A stretch of 64,000 bases of DNA from Eledone cirrhosa (lineage: Eukaryota), in assembly GCA_964016885.1 (NCBI GenBank), contig OZ024740.1:286998001-287062000 (forward strand), given 5' to 3'. This document shows positions 1 through 12,986 of this stretch, one piece after another. The notes below the pieces were generated by a model. The model was not told the origin of the DNA. It saw only the letters and a list, made by a program, of their open reading frames with translations, and did no database searches. The translations under genes were made by a program, and so were the position numbers. Positions within the stretch are counted from its first letter, which is position 1, and every line of letters starts with the position of its first letter.

Positions 1-1254
1 GCACAATATGTATTTTACAAGTTCATTAATATTTTCTAAATTGCTTTACATTGGTGATCTTGACATTTGATGAATTATCTCTGTTTTTTTAACTGACTAA
101 CTACCACATATGAAATCATTCAAATTTATGAATGGCACGTGCAATGCTTGCCATACCCTAGTTACACTTCTGCAAATGAAGAAATGTAGATAGACACGGC
201 CAATACTTTACCTGATGGTGTAAGAATGGCTTGTTGAAGCAGTATTTAGGTTAATCTTACATGGGGATGATAGCAGTAAATTTAAACATAAATTTGAATG
301 ATTTCATATATGGCAGGAAAGCGGGGTACCACTTGGACTAGGAGCACGTTCTATTAAAGTCAAATAAGCCTCGTAGGAGAGTGAAAAAAGAAACTCCTTC
401 AGATGTATGATCTGTCTTTGATTATAAAGAGTGAGAACACTATGGTGGCTGGATCATTAAACCATTTATATAAATTATTAGACCTACAGGTAAAAATACA
501 GTGCTGGGTAGGGGCGCAATTTCACTGCTTGCCATAGGCACTATTTTCATAGTTATGCCTCTGTTCATTTGTAGTGTGGTTTTATATTATGGATGATCAA
601 GCACATCCTCACTTTTACCATGAACAACAGCTAATTTTCTGTCTCACCTGACTAGAATTAATAATTGTCTTGTTTTATTTTAGTAACACTGCCCTATCCT
701 GAAAATCTCACACTGATAAACACCCTCCCACTCTGTTCACAACCCTGTCCATCTTCACACATGCATACACACACACACACACACACTACTTATCTATTAT
801 ACACACACACCATCATGTTTTATTTACACCACATGATATTTATTTGTTGTTGTTTGACTTCATGATCAAGGCAAACAAGTTATGTCCATCTTGTATTTCT
901 CTTGGCCAATACATCCCTAGGAAAACATTATCTAAAGTGTGTTCCTTTTTAAAGATAAAAATATATGAATCCCCACCCGACTTGATTAAGAACCCGTGCT
1001 TCTTGTGATTTCTTTTTCTGCTACAAATAGCAACCAAATCTCATTGATTTAATTCGACAAAAGCTAGTTAATGTAGCCCAACAAACCCACAAAAGACAAG
1101 ATGCTCAAGGTTGGGATACCTTTGATCACAGGTTTGCTCAATAAAAGTTTACCTGGGGTTAAACAACAGTAATATTATTGAGTCAATGAGCTAGTCTCTA
1201 CTCAAGATATAAGTGATGAAGGTGAATCAGTAGAGAAGGCTGAAAAGAAAGGAA

Positions 1255-1500
1255 ATGATAATGATTTGGTTGATGAGTGGAGTATGGCTCAGAGAGAGAA
1301 AGACAAACAATGAATTGCAAAGGATGATGGGAACAGAGCCAGTGATGAATGTTGTGAAGAGAAATGGCCTAAGATGGTTGGGTCATGTTTTGAGGAAGGA
1401 TGCAGGTATTTGGGTGAGAGGAGTGATGCAAATGATTGTGATTGGAACTAGAGGAAGGGGAAGACCAAGAAAAACATGACTGGGGAAGATGGAGTAAGAA
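1255..1500 (+). mobile_element. RTE-clade LINE 3' ORF remnant
   Basis: Translation LRWLGHVLRKD...GTRGRGRPRKT matches the C-terminal motifs of RTE ORFs; short and followed by a stop. Confidence 0.75.
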
Positions 1501-1924
1501 ATGAAAGCTGGGGAGTTGGTGAAGGCGGGGATGTAGACAATAGGGCAAAGTGGTGAAGCTTGTCATAGGGTTTGCTTTAGCAAGGAGAAATGGCCTTAAA
1601 ATATTTATTGTTTTTTGAGCAAGTCCCTACTCAGTTGTTTGACCTGCTAGAAATAGCCACAAGATTCTACTCATATCACACCCTACCAATTAAAAAAAAC
1701 AAGAAAAAAAAAACGATGGATACATTGGATATTGTAGATGTATGTATGGACCTGTAACTCCTGAGGGAGTTGTATGGGTGTTGTATTGTCATACAACATT
1801 TCTGGGGTATTTTTTAAGAACCTGGCAGAACCCATCTCTCTATGTGTGAATAAAAGAGATTTTTTCCAGAGAAGAATAGAGAGAGAGAGAGAGAGAGGAA
1901 GTGAGAAAGAGGTATAGAGGAAGA

Positions 1925-2130
1925 ATCGACTCCAGTACTAGACTGGTACTTTTTTATCGACCTCGAATGGATGAAAGGCAAAGGTGACCTTGGTGGGATC
2001 TGAACTCAGAGAGCAGAGAGCAGAGAGCAGAGAGCAGAGAGCAGAGAGCAGAGAGCAGAGAGCAGAGAGCCGAAATGAATACCACAAGCATTCTATCCAA
2101 TGTTCTAACAGCTCAACCAATTTGCTGCCT
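1925..2130 (-). mobile_element. Meta-domain tRNA SINE, diverged, with internal (AGAGCAG)n expansion
   Basis: Reverse complement of the family at 28969 (GGATGAAAGGCAAAGGTGACC...TGAACTCAGA); 7-mer repeat at about 2008-2069. Confidence 0.75.
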
Positions 2131-2269
2131 TCTGGGATATTGTAGATATGCTATGTCTAAAAAAATGAAATAGTCTTAGCTGGAACATGTTTAATTACAA
2201 ATTTGCTCAATGGAGGCTGACTTGGTGCTAAACAACAACAGTATTATGTATCTGTGTCTCTGTAAGAGT

Positions 2270-4930
2270 GTTTGTGTGTATGCTTGTGTCTCTCTATGTG
2301 TGTGTATGCTTGTGTCTCTCTATGTGTGTGTATGCTTGTGTCTCTCTATGTGTGCATGCTTGTGTCTTTGTGTGTGTGTATGCTTGTGTCTCTCTATGTG
2401 TGTATGCTTGTGTCTCTGTGTGTGTGTATGCTTGTGTCTCTCTATGTGTGTATGCTTGTGTCTCTCGCCGTGTGTATGCTTGTGTCTCTCTATGTGTGTA
2501 TGCTTGTGTCTCTCTGTGTGTGTATGCTTATGTCTCTCTGTGTGTGTATGCTTATGTCTCTCTATGTGTGTATGCTTGTGTCTCTCTATGTGTGTATGCT
2601 TGTGTCTCTCTATGTGTGTATGCTTGTGTCTCTCTATGTGTGCATGCTTGTGTCTTTGTGTGTGTGTATGCTTGTGTCTCTCTATGTGTGTATGCTTGTG
2701 TCTCTCTGTGTGTGTATGCTTGTGTCTCTCGCCGTGTGTGCATGCTTGTGTCTCTCTATGTGTGTATGCTTATGTCTCTCTGTGTGTGTATGCTTGTGTC
2801 TCTCGCCGTGTGTGTGTATGCTTGTGTCTCACCGTGTGTGCATGCTTGTGTCTCTCTGTGTGTGTATGCTTGTGTCTCTCTATGTGTGTATGCTTGTGTC
2901 TCTCTATGTGTGTATGCTTGTGTCTCGCCGTGTGTGTATGCTTGTGTCTCTCTATGTGTGTATGCTTGTGTCTCTGTGTGTGTATGCTTATGTCTCTCTG
3001 TGTGTGTATGCTTATGTCTCTCTATGTGTGTATGCTTGTGTCTCTCTATGTGTGTATGCTTGTGTCTCTCTATGTGTGCATGCTTGTGTCTCTGTGTGTG
3101 TGTATGCTTGTGTCTCTCTATGTGTGTATGCTTGTGTCTCTCTGTGTGTGTATGCTTGTGTCTCTCGCCGTGTGTGCATGCTTGTGTCTCTCTATGTGTG
3201 TATGCTTGTGTCTCTGTGTGTGTGTATGCTTGTGTCTCTCTATGTGTGTATGCTTGTGTCTCTCTATGTGTGTATGCTTGTGTCTCTCTGTGTGTGTATG
3301 CTTGTGTCTCTCTGTGTGTGTATGCTTGTGTCTCTCTGTGTATGTATGCTTGTGTCTCTCTATGTGTGTATGCTTGTGTCTCTCTATGTGTGTGTATGCT
3401 TGTGTCTCTCGCCGTGTGTATGCTTGTGTCTCTCTATGTGTGTGTATGCTTGTGTCTCTCTATGTGTGTATGCTTATGTCTCTCTATGTGTGTGTATGCT
3501 TGTGTCTCTCTATGTGTGTATGCTTGTGTCTCTCTATGTGTGTGTATGCTTGTGTCTCTCTATGTGTGTATGCTTGTGTCTCTCTATGTGTGTGTATGCT
3601 TGTGTCTCTCTGTGTGTGTATGCTTGTGTCTCTCTGTGTGTGTATGCTTGTGTCTCTCTATGTGTGTATGCTTGTGTCTCTCTATGTGTGTATGCTTGTG
3701 TCTCTCTATGTGTGTATGCTTGTGTCTCTCTGTGTGTGTATGCTTGTGTCTCTCTGTGTGTGTATGCTTGTGTCTCTCTGTGTGTGTATGCTTGTGTCTC
3801 TCTATGTGTGTATGCTTGTGTCTCTCTATGTGTGTATGCTTGTGTCTCTCTATGTGTGTATGCTTGTGTCTCTGTGTGTGTGTATGCTTGTGTCTCTCTA
3901 TGTGTGTATGCTTGTGTCTCTCTGTGTGTGTATGCTTGTGTCTCTCGCCGTGTGTGCATGCTTGTGTCTCTCTATGTGTGTATGCTTATGTCTCTCTGTG
4001 TGTGTATGCTTGTGTCTCTCGCCGTGTGTGCATGCTTGTGTCTCTCTATGTGTGTATGCTTATGTCTCTCTGTGTGTGTATGCTTGTGTCTCTCTATGTG
4101 TGTATGCTTGTGTCTCTCTATGTGTGTATGCTTGTGTCTCTCTATGTGTGTATGCTTGTGTCTCTGTGTGTGTGTATGCTTGTGTCTCTCTATGTGTGTA
4201 TGCTTGTGTCTCTCTATGTGTGTATGCTTGTGTCTCTCTGTGTGTGTATGCTTGTGTCTCTCTGTGTGTGTATGCTTGTGTCTCTCTGTGTATGTATGCT
4301 TGTGTCTCTCTATGTGTGTATGCTTGTGTCTCTCTATGTGTGTGTATGCTTGTGTCTCTCGCCGTGTGTATGCTTGTGTCTCTCTATGTGTGTGTATGCT
4401 TGTGTCTCTCTATGTGTGTATGCTTATGTCTCTCTATGTGTGTGTATGCTTGTGTCTCTCTATGTGTGTATGCTTGTGTCTCTCTATGTGTGTGTATGCT
4501 TGTGTCTCTCTATGTGTGTATGCTTGTGTCTCTCTATGTGTGTGTATGCTTGTGTCTCTCTGTGTGTGTATGCTTGTGTCTCTCTGTGTGTGTATGCTTG
4601 TGTCTCTCTATGTGTGTATGCTTGTGTCTCTCTATGTGTGTATGCTTGTGTCTCTCTATGTGTGTATGCTTGTGTCTCTCTGTGTGTGTATGCTTGTGTC
4701 TCTCTGTGTGTGTATGCTTGTGTCTCTCTGTGTGTGTATGCTTGTGTCTCTCTATGTGTGTATGCTTGTGTCTCTCTATGTGTGTATGCTTGTGTCTCTC
4801 TATGTGTGTATGCTTGTGTCTCTGTGTGTGTGTATGCTTGTGTCTCTCTATGTGTGTATGCTTGTGTCTCTCTGTGTGTGTATGCTTGTGTCTGTGTGTG
4901 TGTGTATGCTTGTGTCTCTGTGTGTGTGAA
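2270..4930. repeat. 24-bp minisatellite (TATGTGTGTATGCTTGTGTCTCTC)n
   Basis: About 110 near-identical units; explains the three overlapping ~900-aa ORFs. Confidence 0.97.
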
Positions 4931-5079
4931 TGTATATATATATGTATGTGTCTATGCATGCATCTGAGTGTATCAAGTTGCTGTCATCAGCCAAGTTAAT
5001 TATTGTAACTGATCCTACTCAATAATTTTATAATTGCAAAAAAAAATCAAAACATCTCAGCAGCAACAACAATAAAGAG

Positions 5080-5262
5080 AACACCACCACCACCACCACC
5101 ACCACCACCACCAACACCACCACCACCACCACCACCACCAACACTACCACCACCACCACCACCACCACCACCAACACCACCACCACCACCAACACCACCA
5201 ACACCACCACCAACACCACCACCACCACCACCAACAACAACACCACCACTACCACCACCACC

Positions 5263-5293
<31 letters not shown>

Positions 5294-5379
5294 CCACCAC
5301 TACCACCACCACCACCACCACCAACACCACCACCAACACCACCACCACCACCACCAACACCACCACCACCACCACCACC

Positions 5380-5411
<32 letters not shown>

Positions 5412-5436
5412 CAGCAGCAGCAGCAGCAGCAGCACC
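5080..5436. repeat. Compound trinucleotide repeat (CAC)n/(AAC)n/(CAG)n
   Basis: Directly visible. Confidence 0.95.
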
Positions 5437-5711
5437 ATGAAGTCTCTATATCAGTCATGGGTAAACTCCGGCCTGCAAGCCACACACAGTCTGTTTAGCT
5501 TTCTGAATGGCACTCCTAATTTCAAAATTACTTTGAATATTTTTTGTAGTGTCACTTGCCTTATGATAAACACAGCCCTTTACTAAAAAAAGGGCTGCTT
5601 ATTCCTGTTCTGCATAATCATTTGACTTGCTAGAAATGGCAGCTAAATCTGCTTCAAATCACACCCTACTGTCTCAGAAAGGATATATCGGATAATATGT
5701 TTCGTATGTAT

Positions 5712-5827
5712 AAGAACACTGTTCATTGTCCTGACATTTGTACATTATTCTATGTACTATACATGCACCTTTGATGAGTTGTAGTGCACCTTAGCACTGT
5801 ACACAATAATTTCATTATTATTATTAT
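5712..5827 (+). mobile_element. CR1 LINE 3' UTR fragment with (ATT)n tail
   Basis: Near-identical to 32385-32495. Confidence 0.85.
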
Positions 5828-5934
5828 AAGATGGGATAGTCATGACTGGGATGTCTTTGATGATAGGTTTACTTGATCTAGGCTAACCTGGGATTAAACA
5901 ACAACAATAACATGTAACAAAAGAGGAGTTTTTA

Positions 5935-6131
5935 TGAGGATGGGCTGAAAAGTTCATAGCTGACTATGAATGAGTGATGCTAGAGTTGTGAAATCTTGCA
6001 TACATGAGTTTCAACTCTTTTTATTAATAACTGCAATGTTTCGTTCCAGGGACTATGTTGAAAAATTAACCTCATTTGGTCATTCCATGAGAGTATCTTA
6101 GTCAACCTATGAACTTTTCAGCTGACTCTTG
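5935..6131. mobile_element. Mariner-type MITE
   Basis: Imperfect TIRs (GCTGAAAAGTTCATAGCTGACTA / TAGTCAACCTATGAACTTTTCAGC) flanked by TA on both sides. Confidence 0.75.
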
Positions 6132-7534
6132 TATGCAGTTGCAGGAACTGTTAGAAGTAGCAATGAAATTCTTTCTCATCACACCTTTCTGTCTTATATA
6201 AATGGTTAGAATAGCTAAGATTGCCTTTGATCATAGGCTTGCTCAATCAAGGTTGACTTAAAGCTAACCCACAACATCAGTAATAACATAAGTGAAGTGG
6301 TCGCTATATGTTAGTGTTCCCTTCTAGAAATAGCAGTCAAATGTCTTTCAAACACTCTCTTTCTGAATGCGTTGGATAATGTAGTCAGAGGTACACAATT
6401 CCTGAAATAAAAAAGGACAAACCATGGCTTGAATACCTTTGGTCATTGGTCTGCTTGATCAGGGCTGACTGACTTGAGGCTAAATAACAACATGGACACA
6501 ATCATTTCCATTACCACCAGTACAATCATCATCACCACACAGGGAGCCTTTTTACAGTCTCTGGACATGCTAGAAACAGCAGCCAAATCTTCCCTAAATC
6601 CTTCCCTAATATCTGAAAAAAAAAAGGGAAAGCAAGTTGGCTAATGTAGTCTTAGATGCCTCTAAAGAAATGAAATGGTCATAGCTGGAGTATCTTTGAT
6701 TTTGATTGTAGGTCAGCTCTCTCAGCATGACATGGGGCTAAACAAAAACAATAACAATAACAAGAGAGGTGAGTCAATGAGGGAACCTGTGCATGGTTGC
6801 TCAACTTTCTGGAAATAGCAGCCAAATTTTCTTCAACCTGACGTTATTGTTTATTTTTAGAACAATATCTTAGTGTGGGTGTCTGCGGCCGGTTTCGGCC
6901 AGTTTGAACAAATAAAGAGGAAATAATTTTGGCCCGTTTTGGCAATTTTGAATGCTAAAGGGTTAAATTGCCTCGGGTTCTAAAAAATCAACAACAACGA
7001 AAAAAAAAAGTTTGTTACAAATGCCATCTTAATAATGAAATAATTAATAATTTAGATAAATCCCTCTAAAATCTTCAATAATTAATTCAAATACAATGTA
7101 TTTTATAATAAATATGGTAATAAAACGGTTAAAAAACGAAAGACAGATTAGGAAAACACAGTTCCTAAATATATAAAAACAACATCAACAACCAAAATGG
7201 TGGTTACAGCTGATGTAAAACAACAACAACAACGCCAAAAACAACATCGAAATCAACACCACCAACACCATCAGTACCAACTCGAACAATAACATTAAAC
7301 GATCACTTTTTTGTTCACATTCCAAGTGTTCTTGTTATTAAATATAATACCTGGTTTAAATAATTAACGATCTATTGATTAACTATCTCTTATTGCATCC
7401 AATGTCCTCTCTAATCGATATACCTACTCAATAGACTCCATAAATTGCTTTACTCCACAAACAATGCCTGCCTAAAACATACATGAATATCGTTTTACTC
7501 CCATTAACTTTGCTGTGTCCACTGCTCTTGTTTA

Positions 7535-7571
<37 letters not shown>

Positions 7572-7669
7572 CTATTTCTCAGTCCTCTTTTCTCTGCATT
7601 CCTTTCTTTTGTCTACTACTTCATTCTCTCTTCCCCCTTTCTTTTCTCTCCAATTCCTCTGGCTCATTC

Positions 7670-7880
7670 CTCATGTCTCTTCTAGGGCATCTCCCTTACC
7701 ATCCTCCAGGGAAACGCCTTCTTCATTCTGTCCGCCAGGGCTGTGGGGTGGCTAGCACGTGCGACCCCATTTGCTCCCTATACAGAGAGATGGGGAGGGC
7801 GAGAGAGATGGGAGCGATGACCATGTTCGGACACATTGCACCTGTCAAGAGTGTATATTGATATATAAATAGGGATGGAC
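7670..7880 (+). mobile_element. CRE-like non-LTR 3' end
   Basis: Encodes GISLTILQGNAFFILS, homologous to 37108-37170 and to the C-terminus of the 36010-36733 fragment. Confidence 0.6.
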
Positions 7881-8383
7881 TAAAGTAACTGTCTTTTTTA
7901 CTTTCACCTTTATTCTTCTCTTTCTATAGTCAAAACCCTGATGGAGCACAGTGATTTCACAACTGCCAATGATCTTAGGACATCAATGACCGAACAAGGT
8001 ATGGGCCCCACACCAGAACTGGAATAACCATTGAGCAAAATAAGTACATGCCCAGGGCATCAAGAGAAGAGGGTATCATTTTGTAAATGTATTTGTCATT
8101 CCAAAAAAATGTTTTTTGCAGACTTTATATGGGGTTAACCATAATCCTTTAAGTGCTTAGGGCATCAAAGGGACTTAATTTAGCCCTTCTCCACACCACT
8201 GTAAGATGTGGTCAATACAGGATAATGATGATGATGATAATTATTCTATCTTTTTCTTTCCCTCTCCCCTCCTTCCTTTATATTCTGCTCTCTCTCTATC
8301 TCTTTTTTTTTCTTTTCTTTGTATTCCCTGAGACTTTATCATAACAACAGCTGTCATATTGCCATATTTATTTAAGATGCTCC

Positions 8384-8458
8384 AACTATGCTTTAGCATG
8401 TATGTTATAACTATGCTTTAGCATGTATGTTACAACTATGCTTTAGCATGTATGTTAC
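8384..8458. repeat. 25-bp tandem repeat x3
   Basis: AACTATGCTTTAGCATGTATGTTA(T/C) repeated three times. Confidence 0.9.
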
Positions 8459-8819
8459 AGCAACAAGATACTACAAATAACTACAGTAATAATTAATAAT
8501 AATAAGATGGTTTCTTTTACTGGCAGTAGGAGGGGTAAGGATAGTGAAAGGATGACAGCAACACAAAAGGAGGTTTACATCAAGTGAAAGAGGGAATCAA
8601 CAGCCCCTAACAATAACAATAAAAAAAAAAGAATAAAAAAATCAGTAACAACAACTATAAAAAAACCTAGTAGATACATTAATAGCAATAATTGTAGTAG
8701 TAGTAGTAGTAGTAGTAGTAACAATAACAATAAAGATAACGATTTCTTATATTTTCCACAAAGGCATCTGTTGAAGGAGACATTACAAAGGTAACAGTAA
8801 CAACAAGAATATCAACAAC

Positions 8820-9232
8820 AATAATAATGGTTTCTTTATTAGCCAGACAAGAGTCACATTAAGAATACATTAAATATGACAGGATGGTACAGTGTGGGTT
8901 TTAGAATGTAAAAAAGTTTAAATAAAAACAAAGACCCCCCCCCCCCCTCCTCCCCCCACTAAAAAAAAACATGTAAAAAATTCAAACAAAATATATTTCC
9001 CAACAGGCAGGACTTCCTAAGGTAACACAGGGAGAAAGTCCACTAAAAGCCAGTCACCCTGACCGCTGGGGCAAGTGCCCTCTCCCAGGTGTCCTCCTCC
9101 AATCTGCTGGTGCCCACACAGAGCAAGCCCATTCATTCAAGCCATGCTCACCACTTTCATCCTCCTTGCAATAAACTGGTTGGAAGGCACCATTTTCCTC
9201 TCTACCCTCATTTTCCTCTTCAAGTGTAACCT
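8820..9232 (-). mobile_element. Tx1/L1-clade LINE 3' end, older copy
   Basis: Reverse-complement similarity to 48770-49150 (e.g. GGGCAAGTGCCCTCTCCCAG). Confidence 0.8.
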
Positions 9233-10664
9233 GAAAACAAATCAATCAGGGCTTTGCCAAAGAGTTGCCTTGTATTCCTATCATGTTTGATCCCTGATCA
9301 AATTCATGAGGAAGCCAATCACTTGATCAATTGATATTGTTACAATAATCAGTAAACATGCACAATGAAACAGCTCACATCTCCCTCAATAAACACCATA
9401 TTGTCCTTACAATAGAAACTATGAATAATTAAGTCCTCAAACTTGGGACAATGTGACTCCTCAAAAAAAAAGAGAAAGAACTGAAAGTTTATGGATGGAG
9501 TCATGATGAAAGGTTGCAGCTTAAGACATCTTAAATGTGCTAACCTAAATTGTTGGACATGTGGGTCACTTCTACATATTTGATTGACTTCTAGTGGGGA
9601 CTACTAGTGAATACAACAATAACAACAACAGCAACAACAAAGTAGCACAAGCAACAGAAATAACACCACTTATCAATAAACAGCAACAGCCACAGCAATG
9701 GTAAAAACATCAATAACTGCAACAATAGGCCAGTGAGTGCACCTCTATGTTATCATTTGACCTGCTAGAAATAGCAACTAAATTTTCCTCATATCGTATT
9801 TTAGTTGTTTGTTTTTCAAATGATGAGTCTCAGACCCCACCCCCAGCAAAAAAACAAACAAACAATAATATTTGCAATAAAAATAAGAGCAACAACAAGA
9901 GCAGCAGCTACCCAGACATTAATTGAAAGTAAAACTAAATTAGGCCAATACTGTACATTACTTAGAACTATTATTAATGGACACAGCAATTGATTAGATC
10001 AATGACAACTGTTTCAGATGGAAAGAGGCCAGAATATTGACTAACAGCAATTCAACTGAAACCAACCAGTAAAATCTAAGTTGTAAAAAGCAGTTAAAAA
10101 CTTTGGTGAAAACTTATGAAAAACAATCAGCAACAGAACAAGGTAAAACATTTCAAATTATATTGATTTCTGGTTATATGTGATTTCCTGGAAATAACAC
10201 AGCAGACATACTAACATATGAAGTGGGCTACAATGAGAAAGATCCATGATTTTGTTCATTTTTTTACAGTAATATCAGCCATGGAGAGAGCAATCTCTCA
10301 GCTCAAGATTTCACATGAAAGAGAAATTTGACTTTGTAAAGCAGTCTTTAAAATTAAGTAAGAATGAACAGTTACAAAGAATGACCACAGTATCTTTGTC
10401 AATGTTAATACTGAGCAAATCAACCATACACCAGTCCAGTGGCTACATACAATACTGTGGAGTCATAGCTGTATATAAGTGTGTGTGTGAGAAAGGGAGA
10501 CTGGGATGGATTAACCATTAAGCAAAATAAGTACATGCTTAGAGGGGTCCAATGAAGATTTTCCATTGTCAAATTTACCATGGGGCATATAGTGCAGTTT
10601 CACCTAAGCCTACAAAATGGTGACCAACAACAAATGAAATAAAACATTATATACTATATATATA

Positions 10665-11005
10665 ATAATAATAAAAAGGACGATTTGTTATGTCTTCATT
10701 ACATTTATTGAGTAGTGATGCGAGTGTTGCTATTGATCAGCTCAAGGTTTGATCTGTATCGATCTAGCCTGACTCTGGAATCAAAAGCTTGCTGGACCTC
10801 TGTGGTGTTAATGATGGATTCTGTCATTAACACAGTAGAGGTCTGATGTGCATCACTACTCAATAAACATAATGAAGACATAACAAATCGTCCTTTTCAT
10901 TATTATATTTACACTCTTCTTAGTTCTACACCTCTTTACAGACAGGAAACTACCCATCGAGTGCTCACTTGGGTGAACCTAGAGTCACTGCATGTTACAC
11001 TCCCT
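10665..11005 (+). mobile_element. Fold-back PLE-like terminus (family B), decayed
   Basis: Inverted arms about 10665-10721 / 10850-10907 with an inner hairpin; related to 20462-20846; bounded by TA runs. Confidence 0.6.
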
Positions 11006-11327
11006 ATATATATATAATTAATTAATTAATAAATACAAATTTATTTTAAAAACTTTTTTCTTTTTCATGCTTAAGGCCTCAAAAGAACATAGAGGAGGTA
11101 CATAGAGATATGACCACTCAGTTGTATTGACACAGCCACATGCTCAAATAGATATGTGGACCCACTGTCATATGGGTTCCCAGGCATGTCATCACACAGT
11201 CATGTCAGGCTAGAACAGAGAAGAGCATAGCTGGTCAGTTATAATGAGCCTATGATTTCGAGGCGCCCTACTCACCTCAAGTTCTAGTGCTTTTATTTTG
11301 TTCTGTGACTTGTAACTGTAATCCATA

Positions 11328-12118
11328 TACTGGGTATAACAGAAAAATTGTCACGCTCACAAATTCTTAAAACCAATAAACTAATCGATTTGAAATTTTC
11401 CAAGTTTCCAGATAAGATGTCTGGCCAGACTGACACCAGATTTTGCAAGTATCAGTGAAATATCTATTGAGATATTTAGCTAGAAAGAGAACAGGCTGAA
11501 ATCGTTTTGTGCCAGCCTCACCATGTCTTCCCAATTAAGCAATGTTGAGCAGGCTAACATCATCGGGGCCTTTGGTAATGGTACCAACATTCATTCTCTG
11601 GCTTCCATCTTGAAAGTCTATTTAAGAACCATCAAGAGAATTGTGAATAAGTTTGAGAAAGAAGGAATAGTGGAGAGGAAAACTGTATCAAGAGGTCATA
11701 ATCGCAAGAGGGATCATCATTTCAATCTGGAGCTGAAGAGATCAATAAGAAGAGATCCAACTCAATCCATAAGATGCTTGGCATGTGAGGGAGGAGTTTC
11801 AGCTATGACAGTTCATAGAGCGGTGACAGAAGATTTAAAAATGAAATCATATGTGAGACCTGTGAGCCACCTTGTTACTCCTGGACAAAAGGTTAGAAGG
11901 TTGGAGAGGGTGAAGATCATCTTGAACAAAGTGAAACATAATCCTGGAGTGATCTTTTATACAGATGAGAAGAATTTCACCTAAGATGCAACAGCCATGT
12001 TCTGGCTTCAGATCCTCACAAAAGAGATAAAAATATCATTTTCAGGTGCAAAAAACCCTGCCAAATTGATTATTTTTGCCTGTGTGGCCTCTGATGGCAA
12101 GAAGATGCCATTGATTAC
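11328..12118 (+). mobile_element. Truncated Tc1/mariner (maT-like) transposase pseudogene
   Basis: ORF 11523-11984 has an HTH-like region and YTDEKNFT (first catalytic D); a broken continuation reads ACVASDGKKMP. Confidence 0.8.
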
Positions 12119-12559
12119 AGCATGTACTAGTTATATTTTATCATGGCATCAACACTATCACTTTATTGGGTAGATGCAATCATTCAGACAGTCATATGGA
12201 CACAAAGACATAATATTTCATAATTGTGTGGATAGAGTTGTGTTGACATATATATTTAAGAACATACTGTTGAGTGGACACTCAACCGATATACAATGAC
12301 CAGATTATAGATTAGACATTAAAACCAGCTAACATTTACTTTGTGGCTTAGCAGAACTGTGACAAAATAATATATTAACTTGAGAGAAGAGTATGTCAGT
12401 GTCTACATCAGGGGTCTCAAACATGTGGCTTGTGGGTCACATACAGACTGCAAACTACTTTTCTATAGCTTGCCGCAGAACAATTTTCGTGACTAATATT
12501 TTTCTAAAACATGGTAATTTATCTCTTGTCCCTTCCATACTCTTGCATGTAGAAGTATA

Positions 12560-12986
12560 CATCCAGTGAAGCATCCAGTCCACACTATAAAGTGGTTGTG
12601 TAGGTGTCATGGCAAAAAGCACACAATCTATACTGTAAAGTGGTCGTGTACGACAAAAAGCGCCCAGTCCACACTGTACAGTGGTTGTGTAGGTATCACA
12701 GCAAAAAGCACCCAGTTCACACCACACTGTAAAGTGGTTGTGTACGGTAAAAAGCACCCTGTCCACACTGTAAAGTGGTCATGTAGGTGTCACGACAAAA
12801 AGCGTCCAGTACTCACTGTAAATGAGGTTGGTGCTAGGAAGGGCATCCAGCTGTAGAACCAAGCCCAAATTGGTTCTGTATGAGCATGGCATGGCCACTT
12901 GACCTAACATTGCTTACAACAGGATAACTCGTCTAACCCATGCCAACATGGAAAAATGGACGTTAAATGGTGATGATGATGATGAT
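12560..12986 (+). mobile_element. RTE-tailed SINE with an internally amplified ~45-bp unit
   Basis: 5-6 copies of CACACTGTAAAGTGGTTGTG...AAAAAGCACCCAGT, then GGAAGGGCATCCAGCTGTAGAA and a CATGGAAAAATGGACGTTAAAT(GAT)n tail. Confidence 0.8.

Larger units (their letters stand above)
5610..6840 (+). mobile_element. Cluster of about 5 decayed copies of an old SINE-like repeat with a (CAA)n tail
   Basis: Recurring TGCTAGAAATAGCAGCCAAAT ... CCTTTGATCATAGG ... GCTGACCTGGGGCTAAACAACAAC; other copies near 1060-1170, 1630, 2150-2240, 9750, 14210, 15560-15735 and, inverted, 15845, 22590, 23640. Confidence 0.65.

Noticed and set aside
211-412. Possible minus-strand exon with AG/GT ends
   Set aside because: All three frames contain stops; no recognisable protein.
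2210-4999. 885-929 aa ORFs in three frames
   Set aside because: Artefact of a stop-free 24-bp minisatellite; no coding signature.
5028-5485. Poly-Val, poly-Trp and poly-Cys ORFs
   Set aside because: Translations of a trinucleotide repeat.
12560-12830. CRISPR-like repeat-spacer appearance
   Set aside because: Units are contiguous diverged SINE segments with no unique spacers; eukaryotic context and no cas genes.
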